Of a stretch of DNA of 64,000 bases, positions 25,644 to 39,100 are shown one piece after another (positions within the stretch are counted from its first letter, which is position 1; every line of letters starts with the position of its first letter). The notes below the pieces were generated by a model, which saw only the letters and a list, made by a program, of their open reading frames with translations, was not told the origin of the DNA and did no database searches. Position numbers and translations under genes: made by a program. The DNA comes from Phoronis australis (taxonomy: Eukaryota > Animalia > Phoronida). The stretch spans positions 180,232 to 244,231 of the forward strand of contig NMRA01000618.1 of assembly GCA_002633005.1 (NCBI GenBank). The letters are read 5' to 3'.

Positions 25644-28600
25644 ATGGAATTAGTGGAAACTGCCAGACGAGCCAGGAGGTCGGCGAAATCAGCGTTCACT
25701 AGAGTCAGCAATACTCTAGCTGAATTAATTGGAAGTGACGTGGACAAAACAAAAGTACAGGAGTACTTTGATAAGTTGTCCGTGGCATATGGTAATTTGA
25801 CGGACAAGCATGAGGCATATGTTTGTCACTTTGACGACGATGACCAGTATTTAGAAGAGGAACAGTGGCTGGAAACGCTGCACAGAGTATTTGTAGACCA
25901 CGAAATACGAGTGTTCCAGCTATGCAGCATCAAGGAAGAAAACAACGGTACAACTGAGCCAACCGACGAGACGACTGAGACCGATGAGACAGCTGAGACC
26001 GGGGAGACAAGAGCGACCGTGACCGGAGATATAGCAGCGACCGGGGAGACAACAGAGACTGTGACCGGAGATACAGCAGCCGCCGGGACCGAAGTGATGG
26101 CAACGACCGGAGACATTACAGAAGCAGACGCAAGCAGTGTAAACGTTGTGACTGACAATGATAAACACTCAGTGTTTAAATTGGAAAAACTCGGGGAGAC
26201 AACAGAGACTGTGACTGGAGATACAGCAGCCGCTGCGACCGAAGTAATGGTGGCAACGACCGGAGAGATTACAGAAGCAGACGCGAGCAGTATAAACGTT
26301 ATGACTGACAATAATAAACACTCAGTGTTTAAATTGGAAAAACATAGACTTCCGAAGTTTGGAGGTGATGTGAGAGAATATTTAAGTTTTAAGGATGATT
26401 TCCAATACATGGTTGGAAAAAGATATAGCAAGAGGGATAGCATAGCAGTGTTAAGGAATAGCTTGCAAGGTAAGCCTCTTGATTTAATTAAGGGCTTAGG
26501 TTCAGATTATGATGCTGCTTGGGCTTATTTAGATTCAGTGTACGGGGACCCACGTTATGTGGCTGATGTAGTTTTGCAAGATTTAAGTAAATTTAAGGGT
26601 TTACAGCCAGGCGAGGATAGCAGGTTTTGCGAATTAGTTCAATTAGTGGGGCGTCCATATGACATGGATAACAATCACATGTTAGCTATCATTGAGCAAC
26701 GCATGTGTCATGAAGATAGAAGGTTGTGGGCCCGCGAGTTAGAGCGTGAAAAAGATGAGGCATCACTTTCTAGGCTACTGGAATGGATGAGCGGCGAGAT
26801 GAAGACTCGGATGCGTGCCTCAGCTGCGATTAGAACGAGTACACAGAATGCAAAATCCCTTCATCATGTATCCACCACAAGTAGCGAGCGACCCTCAGCC
26901 CACAAGTGTTGGCTGTGCAAATCATCAACACACTGGCCAGACCAATGCCAACAATTGAAACAGCTAACGCCAGAACAGCGACTGGCAAAAGTTAGAGAAG
27001 AACAAGTATGCTTCTGTTGCTTGAAGAAAACAAGCAAAAGCCACTGGTCAACCAATTGTTCCCGACGAAGGCAATGTCCAGAGAAAGATGACGGCACCCA
27101 GTGCAAGTATCACCACCATCCGCTTTTGCACACGCGCGTCAATCAGAATGCACGACCAACAGGTGGCGTGTACGCAGCATCACAGAGTGGCGAAGTGCAT
27201 GCGGCTTCACGAAGTAGCAAAGGCGATGTACTTTTACCAATTCTCACGACACAAGTTTGTGGCCAGAAAGGGAAAAGGGCCACTAATGTTTTAATAGATT
27301 CCGGAGCGCAGCTTAGCCTGATCACCACAGAATTAGCAAAAGAGTTAGGTGTTGAGGGGAAAACTATTTCCATAGACATAACCAAGGTCGGAGGCGAGGT
27401 TGAACAGATGTCAACCAAAGTTTACCAGGTAAAGGTAAAATCAAGACTAGATGGCAGTCTGCATAGGATAAAGGCAATAGGTATCCCGAATATCAGCAAC
27501 GCGACAGGAGAAGTTAGACTTGACGGGGTAGCACGAAAACTTGGAGTCAGTCCAAACCAGCTGACTAGAGAAGGCGGACCAATAGGCATTTTAATAGGAG
27601 TGGACCATCCTAGAGTACACGCAGGTCCCATAACAGAAATTGGAAAGTTAGTAGCAAGGCAAACACCACTTGGGTGGGTGGTGCTAGGGCCACTGGATGA
27701 TGTAATTAACAAAATGCATGGCAGTCAGAGGGCCTTACATGTACAAATCAGACAGGATGTAGGCCTAGACATCACTGAATTTTGGAAAACTGAATCCATG
27801 GGTGTAAGCAACAAGTGCAATGATTGCGACGCAGGGAAATTAAATAAGACAGAAGCTGACGAGGAAAAATTAATTCGAGATTCCAGCAAGAAGGTTGGAA
27901 ATCAGTGGTTGATTCCTTACCCTTGGGTCAAGGACCCTAAGCAGTTGCCAAACATCAGAGTACAAGCAGAGAAAAGATTGGCTTCAATTGAGAAAAGGCT
28001 GCAGCAGAAAAACATTGCGAAGGCATACGATCAGCAGATGATGGAGATGGAACAAATGAAGTTTAGTAGAAAACTCACACCGGAAGAAGTTAATTCTTAC
28101 AAGGGACCAGTACACTACATAATGCATCACCCTGTAGTGAGAATGAACAAGCCAAGTACCCCGGTAAGAATTGTTTTTAATTCATCTTCGTCATATGAAG
28201 GACACCGACTCAATGATTACTGACTAAAAGGACCAGATTTGTTAAACGGTCTTTTTGGAGTAGTTTTGAGGTTCAGAGAAAACCAGGTTGCCATTGTGGG
28301 AGATGTGTCCAAGATGTACCACAGAATTCTAATTCCAGTTGAAGACCAGCATGTACACAGATTCTTGTGGAGAAATTTTGAGCAGCGAACACCAGATTTC
28401 TATGTAAAAACGGTATTGACCTTTGGAGATAAACCGGCACCAGCTATGGCACAGATAGCACTACGCAAGACAGCTGAAGAAAATGTTAAAAATTATCCAG
28501 AAGCAGCCAGAATATTAAAGATTAATACGTATGTGGACGACATATGCGAATCGGCCAAGACTGAAAGCGAGGCACAGAGACTTAGCGAGGATCTGAATAA

Positions 28601-31043
28601 GGTACTCGCTACTGGAGGGTTTGAAGTAAAGGGATGGGCTTCCAACAGAAACCTAGAATGCAACAAACAGGAAAACACGGAGCTAAATTCCTTGCATGGA
28701 ATAGAGAAAGTATTGGGAATTTCATGGAACAAGAATACAGATGAACTGACGTTCAAAACAGGCGATGCGCTGCAAGCAATTGTAAGTGACAAAGTGAAGT
28801 TGACCAAGAGAAAGATACTTAGTCAAGTAGCGAGGATATTTGATCCTATTGGGTTTGCAGCAGCAGTCATTATTAAAGCGAGGATAGGCATGCAGAAACT
28901 ATGGCAGTTGGGCTTAGACTGGGATGAAGCTGTCCCACCAACGGTTAATGAAGAATGGTTAGCTCTCTTTGAAGAAATGCTACGCTTAGGTAACAGATCC
29001 TTTCAAAGATGCCTGACGCCAGCAGATGCTATTGGATCACCAATGTTATGCATATGTTCTGATGCATCACAGGATGCATTTGGAGCATGTGCCTATGCAA
29101 GATGGAAGTTAAACGACAGAAGTTTCGGAGTAAGATTTATAGCAGCCAAGTCGAGAGTTGCACCTCTGAAGCAACTAACTATTCCAAGGCTTGAATTGCA
29201 GGCAGCAGTATTGGCTTCTCGTCTAGGAAAGACAATTCAAGAAGAATCGAGATTTGCCTTTGAAGAAGTAAAGTACTTCGTCGACAGCCAGATAGTCTTA
29301 GCATGGATTCACAGTCCATCTAGAAGTTTCAAGGCTTTTGTTTCAGCTAGAGTTGGAGAAATACAGAGTCATTCAAATCCAGCTCAATGGAGATTTATTC
29401 CAGGGACAGAAAATGTTGCAGATGACATGTCCCGTGGAATTTCGGTAGAACAACTGAATCAGAGATGGCAAGAAGGCCCAGAATTTCTGAAGAAATCTGA
29501 AGATGAATGGCCACAGAGCAAAGAAGATGGAAATGCTTTACAAGAAGATACACAAGAACGCAAGAAGGTTCACGTGATTCAAGAAGTAGAAAGAATTCAA
29601 CTAGTTGTTGATTGTACAAGATTCTCCAATTGGCGTAAACTATTACGAGTTACAGCATTGGTTCTAAAGATGCAAGAAAAAATACGCAGACGACGACAAG
29701 GCAATCGGCAAGAGTTTCCAATAGTACCACTGTCTCCAGCGGACATTCTGAGAGCAGAGAATTACTGGGTCAGAGAAGCACAGAAAGATCTTAAGAATAG
29801 AATGCAAGATGGCGCTTTTGTGACACTTTCACCTTTCACTGATGAGGAAGGGCTGATACGTGTTGGTGGTAGAATTGACAAAGCAAATCTACCATATGAA
29901 TCAAGACATCCAGTATTGTTACCGCACAGTCACTATATCTCGAAGTTGATTGCAGCTCAGATGCACAGAATAGGACATAGTGGAGTTGCAGCGACAACGG
30001 CAAAAATCAGACAAAGATTTTGGATCCTGAAAGCACACGACTTAGTAAAGCGCATCAAATATCAATGTGCATTTTGCAGAGAAATGAACGCGAGACTTGA
30101 GACACAGTTGATGGCTGATTTACCAGAAAGACGACTTATGCCATACACACCCCCATTTTTCCATGCACCTTACAATGTAAAGATTGGTAGAAACAAGACA
30201 ACGAAGCATTATGGAGTAATCTTCACATGTCTGAATACCGGAGCAGTCCATTTGGAGTTGGCTACAGATTGTTCAACGATGGAATATGTGCAAGTGCTCA
30301 GAAGTTTCTTCTCCATAAGAGGATACCCTCAGACACTCACAAGCGATAATGGTACTTAATTTGTAGGAGCAGAAAGAGAGCTTCGTGAAATGATCAGAGG
30401 ATGGGACATACAAGCGATACAAGAGTTTGGCGTAGAAAAGAGTATGAAATGGCAATTCATTACTCCAACAGCACCACATCAGAATGGTCGTGCTGAAGCA
30501 CTGGTAAAGACATGTAAAGCAGCACTTAAAGCAGCAATTGCAACGCAGTTACTCACACCATTTGAGTTATACACTTGTCTACTGGAAGTGGCTAACTTGG
30601 TGAACCAGCGTCCAATAGGAAGAATTCATAATGACCCAGATGATGGTTCATATTTGTGTCCAAATCACATGCTTTTGGGAAGAGCAACACCAAATGCACC
30701 TCAAGGTCCATTCAAAGAAACTCGCAATCCTAGACACCGAGTAGAGTTTGTACAACGACTTATAGATTCCTTTTGGAAAAGATGGTCTAGAGATGTCTTA
30801 CCAACATTGGTACCAAGGACCAGATGGAATTACCAGAGAAGAAATGTCAGCATCGGAGATGTTGTAGTCATTGCTGATCCTAATGCTCTAAGAGGGAAAT
30901 GGACTCTTGGAAAAGTCGAGCAGGTTTTTCCAGGTGGTGACGGACGGGTTAGAAATATTGATGTTCGCACTAGTAAGGGATTATTAAGTAGACCAGTTAC
31001 TAAAGTAGCAGTGATATACCCAGTAGAGGGGTATGAGGACTAA
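25644..31043 (+). pseudogene. BEL/Pao gag-pol polyprotein with two nonsense codons (28221-28223 TGA; 30357-30359 TAA)
   Basis: Gag zinc knuckles (CWLC..HWPDQC, CFCC..HWSTNC, C..C..HHPLLH), protease LIDSGAQ, RT YVDD, RNase H SDAS and PRLELQAA, integrase HHCC and SDNG; all three ORFs are in the same frame. Confidence 0.93.
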
Positions 31044-31062
31044 CTCCTCATAGGGGGGAGGG

Positions 31063-31907
31063 TGTTGTGTTTATGTTTACGTTAGAATCGGGCATGTGAC
31101 TACAGCTGATGGGATGAGTGCAGTGTGTGGGTTGATGACTCTAGGAAACAGGGCTTATTATGTAATAGTGTTACTCATATAGTTCCGTGCAGCAGTTGTA
31201 GTGAGTTCTATGTATAATTGGATATATTCCAAGAAATAACCTTTAAATATGGCCATGTTCGTAGTACAGCTATTCATTGACAAGAGAATTCGGTGACAAA
31301 TTTGGTAAGGGCAAGTAAAATCATGAAAGTGACTAGATTAGTCATAGGGTTAGAATCATTTAAATTCTGAATGAGAAGGCATTTTACAGCAGTTCAGAAC
31401 GGAGATGTAAACGGGTTAAGACGTAGTGAAGCAGTTTATGAAGTTAAAACCGATGTAGCAGGACTTTGATTCCTCCACAGAAGTAAGTAGTTATTTACTA
31501 TTATTCGTATTGTAATTTTTAAGTAAAATAAGGTTTATTTAGAATTATTGTCAAATAGAAAGCTCAGAAATATGTTTGACTATTATGAAAAATAGCGTGA
31601 ATAAGAAATAACGAAAGTTTAAATAGTTTAATACAAGTATGTTTGAATATGATGCAGTTATCATGGAAATTAGATCAGTAATGTGTTTAGATTCACCAAA
31701 AAAATAAGCTAGGAATCTTATTACGGTAACTAACGTTTATATCGGAATTATATATAGCGTTTGACAAGTAATTGTTATTTAGATTAATTAGTTTCTAATG
31801 TTTTGTAATTTGTTGTTTACAGATCGAATAAATATACTATCATTTATATGATTTAAAGAGGAATCCTAGTTCTCATTGGTTTCGGCCTTGAGCCTGTCAG
31901 CGGTACA
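31063..31907 (+). repeat. 3' LTR of the BEL/Pao element (~845 bp)
   Basis: Starts TGTT directly after the PPT; AATAAA near 31827; ends at GTACA, where similarity to the 5' LTR stops. Confidence 0.9.
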
Positions 31908-32479
31908 GTAGAGTGCATAGAGTAGAAACAAAATAGGGATTAAATTGCGTTCTAAATATGAACAAAAGCTTGATTCCGTTAATTTGCGTGCACCACGTGT
32001 CTAAGTTGTATTATTCCCTTTGTTTGCTCTCATCTCTCATCAACAGATGTCACGTGTAACCTGTGAAAGATGACAAGGCGATATTTTAACTAACCAACTC
32101 AACAACATATGTCACCTATACCTAACCCAGGCACTAAATTAATAGTTAGATATTATGACGACCTAAAATAGTACACAAACTTCATTTCTTACACGTGCAT
32201 TAGTAACAGAGGACATTCGAATATACTACAAAAATCGTCAAGACTTTCAGACACCATTATTCGTACATGTACAAGCCGTTTCCTCTGTCTCGAACTAGAC
32301 ATGCTTCACATTAATGACGTATTTGACTATACAAGTTTTGTTTACGTAAGACTTGATAGGCATGTACCTTTCTTTATACTGGGCCATTTAAGTATATTTT
32401 GAACCAAACTGACAATCAATTACAATGAAATAAACCTATATTTAATCGTACATTATAATTACGAATGACATTGTAACAG

Positions 32480-35400
32480 GCAGTAACCCGTCGGTGGGCC
32501 AGATCTCATAGCGTTCATCCTTGTGAGTACTTTGGGGGGGCAACCTAGTTTTTTCTATGTGGCTAGATAATATACCTATAAATCAAATTCAAAAAAGTTC
32601 CCACGTCTACACTTGCACATTTTTTTAAAAAGGGTGTTTTTGTTGCACAAAATATGATGCACATTCCTGCCACTTGATGGCGCTTTTCTATTGAATTGAC
32701 CAATCAGAGAGCCAGATTGTAGTGTTGTGCTTAGTTACTTCAATATGGCTGCTACCATGAAGTGTGATGCCTGTATAATTCAAGGTTTATCAAACAGCAC
32801 AAAATTGTGATGTCAGAGCCTAAAGAAGCTTAGGAAAGCTTCCTGACGAAAGCTGATTGACTGTGGAACTCTGTAGATCAGTAGATCAAAAAGAAGAAGA
32901 GGTGTCACAAACGTTTGTGCAGAAAACAGCTGCATGTCCTGGTAGCCTACACAGTATACTGCTGAGTGCTGTAGACTAGAANNNNNNNNNNNNNNNNNNN
33001 NNNNNNNNNNNNNNNNNNNNNNNNNNNNNNNNNNNNNNNNNNNNNNNNNNNNNNNNNNNNNNNNNNNNNNNNNNNNNNNNNNNNNNNNNNNNNNNNNNNN
33101 NNNNNNNNNNNNNNNNNNNNNNNNNNNNNNNNNNNNNNNNNNNNNNNNNNNNNNNNNNNNNNNNNNNNNNNNNNNNNNNNNNNNNNNNNNNNNNNNNNNN
33201 NNNNNNNNNNNNNNNNNNNNNNNNNNNNNNNNNNNNNNNNNNNNNNNNNNNNNNNNNNNNNNNNNNNNNNNNNNNNNNNNNNNNNNNNNNNNNNNNNNNN
33301 NNNNNNNNNNNNNNNNNNNNNNNNNNNNNNNNNNNNNNNNNNNNNNNNNNNNNNNNNNNNNNNNNNNNNNNNNNNNNNNNNNNNNNNNNNNNNNNNNNNN
33401 NNNNNNNNNNNNNNNNNNNNNNNNNNNNNNNNNNNNNNNNNNNNNNNNNNNNNNNNNNNNNNNNNNNNNNNNNNNNNNNNNNNNNNNNNNNNNNNNNNNN
33501 NNNNNNNNNNNNNNNNNNNNNNNNNNNNNNNNNNNNNNNNNNNNNNNNNNNNNNNNNNNNNNNNNNNNNNNNNNNNNNNNNNNNNNNNNNNNNNNNNNNN
33601 NNNNNNNNNNNNNNTGCCAACTCACTCATAGTTGAATGTTAAATTAGTGTTAACAGTTCGGGTTTTTTCAGTTGGACTTGTATCGCAAGCAACAGCTCAG
33701 TCCAGAGCCCTGAATATGCAAATGAAATTCAAAGATAAAGACCTTGTGTCTTAGAAGCCAAGTACCAGAGATCATCATGCTATAAAAAATAGAAAGACAA
33801 CGATTGTGAAGAGTGATGAATTCACAGTTTTCAGAGATGTTTTTCTACAGTTTTGTGTAGAGTTCATCGAATCGAAGCTTCTAACACAAGGAAATGTCAT
33901 TTGCCTTTCAACACTAAAGCAAGACTTTGAAGCTGTTCTTCAGAAAGCTGGTGTGCATTTAGTTATTTGGACAGGCAATCTTAAGAAATATTGTTGAAGC
34001 TACTCACTGTTGTAGTTTGTGCCTGACTAAGGCTCATGTTTGTCTGAGCGAACGAGGAGCTGGGTAGAGTCCACGATGACTTTATTATTTTCAAGTAAAA
34101 TCTGTTCACTTGACACACGTCTGTTGGTAGGTTATTTTTAAGTCAGCTGCCTAGACGCATACGTACGTCCAATAATAACTCATATAATCACCCGATCTTT
34201 CTAAAAATTAGATTATCATCTCCCAGTGCTATTCAGAGCAGCATAACCAAACCAGACTTCACCCTGGATGTCACAATTAACTAGGTCTATCAGCTGTAAC
34301 AGGGTGATCGTTGTATATTCTCTGTCTACTGAGGGAAAACGATTCCCAAGAGACGACCAGTATATTTTCTGTAAGTTATCTCATTTTATTTCTCAACTGA
34401 TAAGTTGTTGCCGTTAGTATTTGAATTTTATTAGGTCTGTTTCAAAACATTGTTCCTAATTTTGTTCTTAGGACCTCAAGCAACTCAGTTGAGCACAGGC
34501 GTGTTCAAGGGTGGGGTCAAAAGGGTCCAGAACCCCATTTTCCCTTGATTTTATTGATATCAGATCTAGAATTTTCCAATTATTGACCACTTTTTTAAAA
34601 ATCTTTGAACCGACTCCTTTGAAAAATCATGGATCTGCCCTTAGGTGTTGAGTCGCTATTTGGGACTGTTTCGTGCAACTGGGCTCAGACCCCCTGCTGG
34701 AATGTAGAATGTCATAAGGTGTAAATTTTCAAAACAAAGATCTGGACCCGTGTTTGGATGGAGTAAGAGGGCAGTTTTTGAATATTGGCATAGAAAACAT
34801 TTGATGGTTGGGGGAGGAAAGTCTGTCAAATTTTCGATTTCATTTTAAAACAAAGTTTATGTATTGAAAGTTTGAGTAATTAATTGTTAATTGATATTAT
34901 CATATGGAATGTTGGGGGCAGAAAGCTATCTGCGACCCCGCCTTTTGGTTGAGGGGCGCCCGTCCACCTTTTTGCTCCTCCCTCTTCTTCAGCTGATATA
35001 ACTTATGTTCATTGCTTCCCGAAACCCCTTGGATATAATCCTACATGCTTTGTACCTGTCCAGCCTCTAATAACCTACTTTCACCTGCTCTCCTCTGATT
35101 AGTGAGTCACTAAATGCTTAAGATGTATTTCTCGTAATTAAAATTACTTTAGCTGGACATTTTTTCTTGATTTACTCTGTATTTAGCTTGCCTACATGTA
35201 TGTGTTTTTTCTAATACATTGCTCATATTTGTGTTCTCAATATTTTAACAGCCACTTCATGATTTTGAATTTGACAAACTAAAATCGGCCCTGGTAGTCG
35301 ACGCCTCGCGTACTTCGTCGGAGCACACACACCCGGTAGGTGTCGCAACGGTCCATGACACAGTAATGGCGGCGGCCAATGAAATTAGTCTTGTTAACGT

Positions 35401-35960
35401 CTTTGGCTTAGCCATGTGAGGCTTCTTTAGGACAAATCGCCGGAATATCACGAGCAATAATAAGTTATATCAGCATTGAAATTTTCTGGTGTATAATACA
35501 ATAAAAAATAACGGCAAATTGCAGCAATTTATATCTATATTATTGCAAAAATAAGTAATTAGATTCGAAAAAGATTAATTTGTAAGTTACTATTAATAAA
35601 ACAGAATCGGAAATAAGTACGCGAACAATCTTTATTTCAAACAATAACCGAAAATTGCCTTCTGCTTTATGAACGAAAGCCACGACGACTGTGAAATAAT
35701 TAAAATCTGCCTTCAGTTTGTTTTAATGATGTCAAGTCAGAAGCAAATCAATGTGCAGAAGGTATTTCACCTAACTAAGAATCAGATGGCTAATCGATCA
35801 GCGCCGGCTACGGGACGAGGCTGCCAAAATAGCAAGAACTTTTATAAGAAATGCAAAACTTAACTTGTGGGAACTTTTTGAGTTAAAAAATACTTGAAGA
35901 TATATCTAGTCACACGGTGGAGCTCCCCTGATCGTCACGGGGTGGAAAATATGGAATTAC
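32480..35960 (+). mobile_element. Degraded Academ-like DNA transposon remnant spanning an assembly gap
   Basis: Diverged inverted repeats at 32555-32630 and 35840-35915; residual frame DLVSLEAKY...CY...FCVEFIESKLL at 33735-33990 resembles an Academ transposase N-terminus. Boundaries uncertain. Confidence 0.5.
32982..33614. other. Assembly gap
   Basis: Run of N. Confidence 1.
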
Positions 35961-36181
35961 AGTCCATTGCAAACGTCAAGTAATGAACGAGATGAATACA
36001 CCAGCCGGCGGATGTAAAAGTGCTAAGTACCAATCACAAATAAGTCCTCAAAATAACAATAAATAGTTATTAAATTACGATTGCATAATGATGTACAGTT
36101 ATTATGAAATAGTTACACTAGCTTTTAATAACTGCCGTTGCGGCACCGACCAGAGTTTGCCATATATGACAGCAGAGACTA

Positions 36182-39100
36182 TAGTCCGGTCCCTTAGCAG
36201 CCAAAACCCCCAAAACATTTACACCCCGGATTAAAGCACCAAAGTTGGTACACAGATACGTTGGGACACGCTGAATCTCATGAGGGTCGGTTGCCCGAAA
36301 TTTGGGCTCAAGGTCAAGGTCAAATCAAGGTCAAAGGTCACGTAGGTATTTTTTTTGAAATGACTTGACACAAAGTATCTGCTTCATTGCTGTTTCAGGT
36401 GATAAGCAGGATACTTTATTTTGATTTCAAATTAATGTTGATAACTTCTAAAAAAGAAGTTAAAAGCATAACAGTAATTTTCCTGACACTTAAGATGGCA
36501 ATTATCATAATTAATAGAGCATATATATTTTCAATGGAAATTAAGTCCATTTGTTTTCTCTAGCTGAGAAAAACTGTCAAACTAGTATGAATATGCATTA
36601 AGTCAACTTTAGAATGTTTAACCTTTTACAGAACTTCATTTTTAAATGTCTTTGTCAAAATATTTATAATTAATTATGTAACAAATCGTCTCTGTAATTA
36701 AAGGAAATCGGACATTTTTCTAAATTTTCAAAGAACAATTGCTGAAACTTTTATCATCATTTTTAATTTGATCATAGCTAAAGGTTAATTTGTTAATTAA
36801 TGTGTTTATATTTTAGTTTGAACTTGATGGTGACATAAGTTCAACCAATTAAGGTAATTTAGGTAATTTAAGGTTCACCACAAGTATGAAATAACAACAA
36901 AATCACCAGGTTTTACCTGTATCCCAATGAGGTGAATTCCTTGTTGCACTGTATTTTAAAACAGATCCAGGCATAATTAATTGTCTTGAGGAACATGTTG
37001 TATAAACAAATGTTTATTATTTATTAATTGCGTCCATCTAATTGTTTGTGGTGACATACAGTCTAACAGCTGAAGCTGACCTCTGCTCATTCGGACAACA
37101 GTACCCAAACAGGTGACATCAGCTCTGAGACTTTCATAATGTTGACCTCGAGTTCATTGTTCGTGTAATATTATTTTTAATGAGATATTCTAAATTAGGT
37201 ATGCACTTTCTTGATTAACTATGTATATAAATATATATCCTAAATTGTTTTGACTGATTAGAGATAATACTTTTGGTTGGCTTCAGCACATCTGAAGACA
37301 GGAGCCGGGATTTCCTGTTTAAATCACTACAGTAGCTATTCGCATATATAGCCTACAATGCAAGTTGTTTAATAAGGCCAAATTAAGAGAGCAATTTTTC
37401 TAAGAAACCCATTCCAATAAATAATACCTACAAAAATTACGCTTTAATTCCTTAATACCTTATTCCCAAGGTCAAGTTGTTTGAGCAATCCCTTACTCTA
37501 AATTAACCACTTGTAATTGCAATTTATTGTTCTAAAACGTTACCCACCACCCTGAAAGTAATTGTGATTGTAGATTTTCTGAATAACAGGCCATAGGCAC
37601 TATTAATAGAAATGTTTCGAAGACGGCTGGTTACCTGAGCTGGAACAATACGTCAGCTCTCGTTACGTCACTATGACGTATTCGTACCGCTTGCTTCAGG
37701 AGGCCTCAGTGGCTACACCTGGTAGAGCTGATTCCTTTCTTCAAGCCTCACACTTGACTCGAACAAGACATGCGCACCAAGTGACAGCTCTGTCTCTGGC
37801 AAAGCTACAGGAAGAACCATTTCTTATTGTGAAAAATGAAGGTGCTGTCGAGTCTCCAGCAGGAAAAGTGATAGCTCAATGAGAATTCTGAGTTTTGGAA
37901 TGTTATCTTACATGTCCAGTTACTGATCTTGATTCTCGTCCTTGCTCATGGTGAATGCAACTTGTCGCTGTGCATTGATGTCTTTGAATCTCTTGTGTCC
38001 TATTTCTTTGCTCTTGACCTTCAAAATTATGCAAGATGGGTCTCTCTCCACACCCAAGACGTGAGTGCTATACCAGTTAACGTACGACAGCATCTGATGG
38101 ATGTCTTCAAATACACGGCACAGATTCTGTGCTGTTGCAATTGACTGGGCGGATGAAGAAAATAACGCCTTAGTCCAAGACAGTGGTGGGGCTATTGGAT
38201 TAACTGAAAATCCAAACGCTTTGATAGAGTGAATGGTGTTTGGGTCCGAGCTATAGCCAGGTTGCTGACTGAGTTTGATTGTCAATCGTTTTGAAGACAA
38301 TAACGAGGGAAAAAAACGCCACAAAGACATTCTATACTTCCAGAACAACTTTAAAAACCATGTGAACAGTTTGTGTGGTGTAAGGTGTCAGTTCAGCAAA
38401 CTAAAGGGAAACCCTTTCTTTGACCATGGTGATGAACTTATGACGTTAGAAACGCTACAGGTCTTCAGACTATCGAAGTGACTGGAAAACAGCAATATGA
38501 CAGCTATAAGCAAACAGTCGTAATTGAAAAGTCCCAACCAATAAAGACCCCTATCAAGAAAAACAAGTTTGTTGTTTCCGAAACAGCTAACGGGAAGGCA
38601 AAAAGAGTGACTCAGCAGCGCATGGATGACATCAAGAAAGACTGCAGCTTATTTAGTCAGGTTTTTATAGCTAGTCAAATTCTAGAAGGATGATTTTCTT
38701 ATACATGAGAATCATTCTTGGCCACCATCCCTGAACCGGAACGACAGTCTCGGTTTACCCTCACAGAAGTCACACTTGCTCAAAATGTTGGAACTTCCTC
38801 ATTCAGACGTTCCTGAATCCGTCGATGTCAAAGTCTTTGATGGGCCAGCTATTGTGCGCAAATTTTCTCCAAACGAATCCGCGACATTCGGACAGTTCAG
38901 TGAAAACTGCTAAGTGGGCACATTCTAACCTTCACAACTGCTGTAGAGTTGACATTGTGTTTGATGCTTACACTGAAGACAGCTTGAAGGCCACCGCTGA
39001 TAGAGGTACAGGTGATCTTGCCAAAGTTTCACACAAAACGCAACTGTCTCTGTACTTCCAGATTTTCTTGCAAACTCGAAGAATAAAGAGGAATTGTTCA

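Larger units (their letters stand above)
25421..31907 (+). mobile_element. BEL/Pao LTR retrotransposon, near full length, inactivated
   Basis: Matching LTR ends (TGTT...TACA) at 25421-25595 and 31063-31907; polypurine tract AGGGGGGAGGG at 31052-31062; single gag-PR-RT-RH-IN reading frame. Confidence 0.95.

Noticed and set aside
25826-26443. 205-aa Ser/Val-rich minus-strand ORF
   Set aside because: Antisense shadow of the repetitive Gag linker.
32813-33629. Long ORFs of X residues (also 49445-50276)
   Set aside because: Artefacts of N gaps.
37291-37325. CTGAAGA plus a hairpin resembling a hammerhead
   Set aside because: No GAAA core follows the stem.
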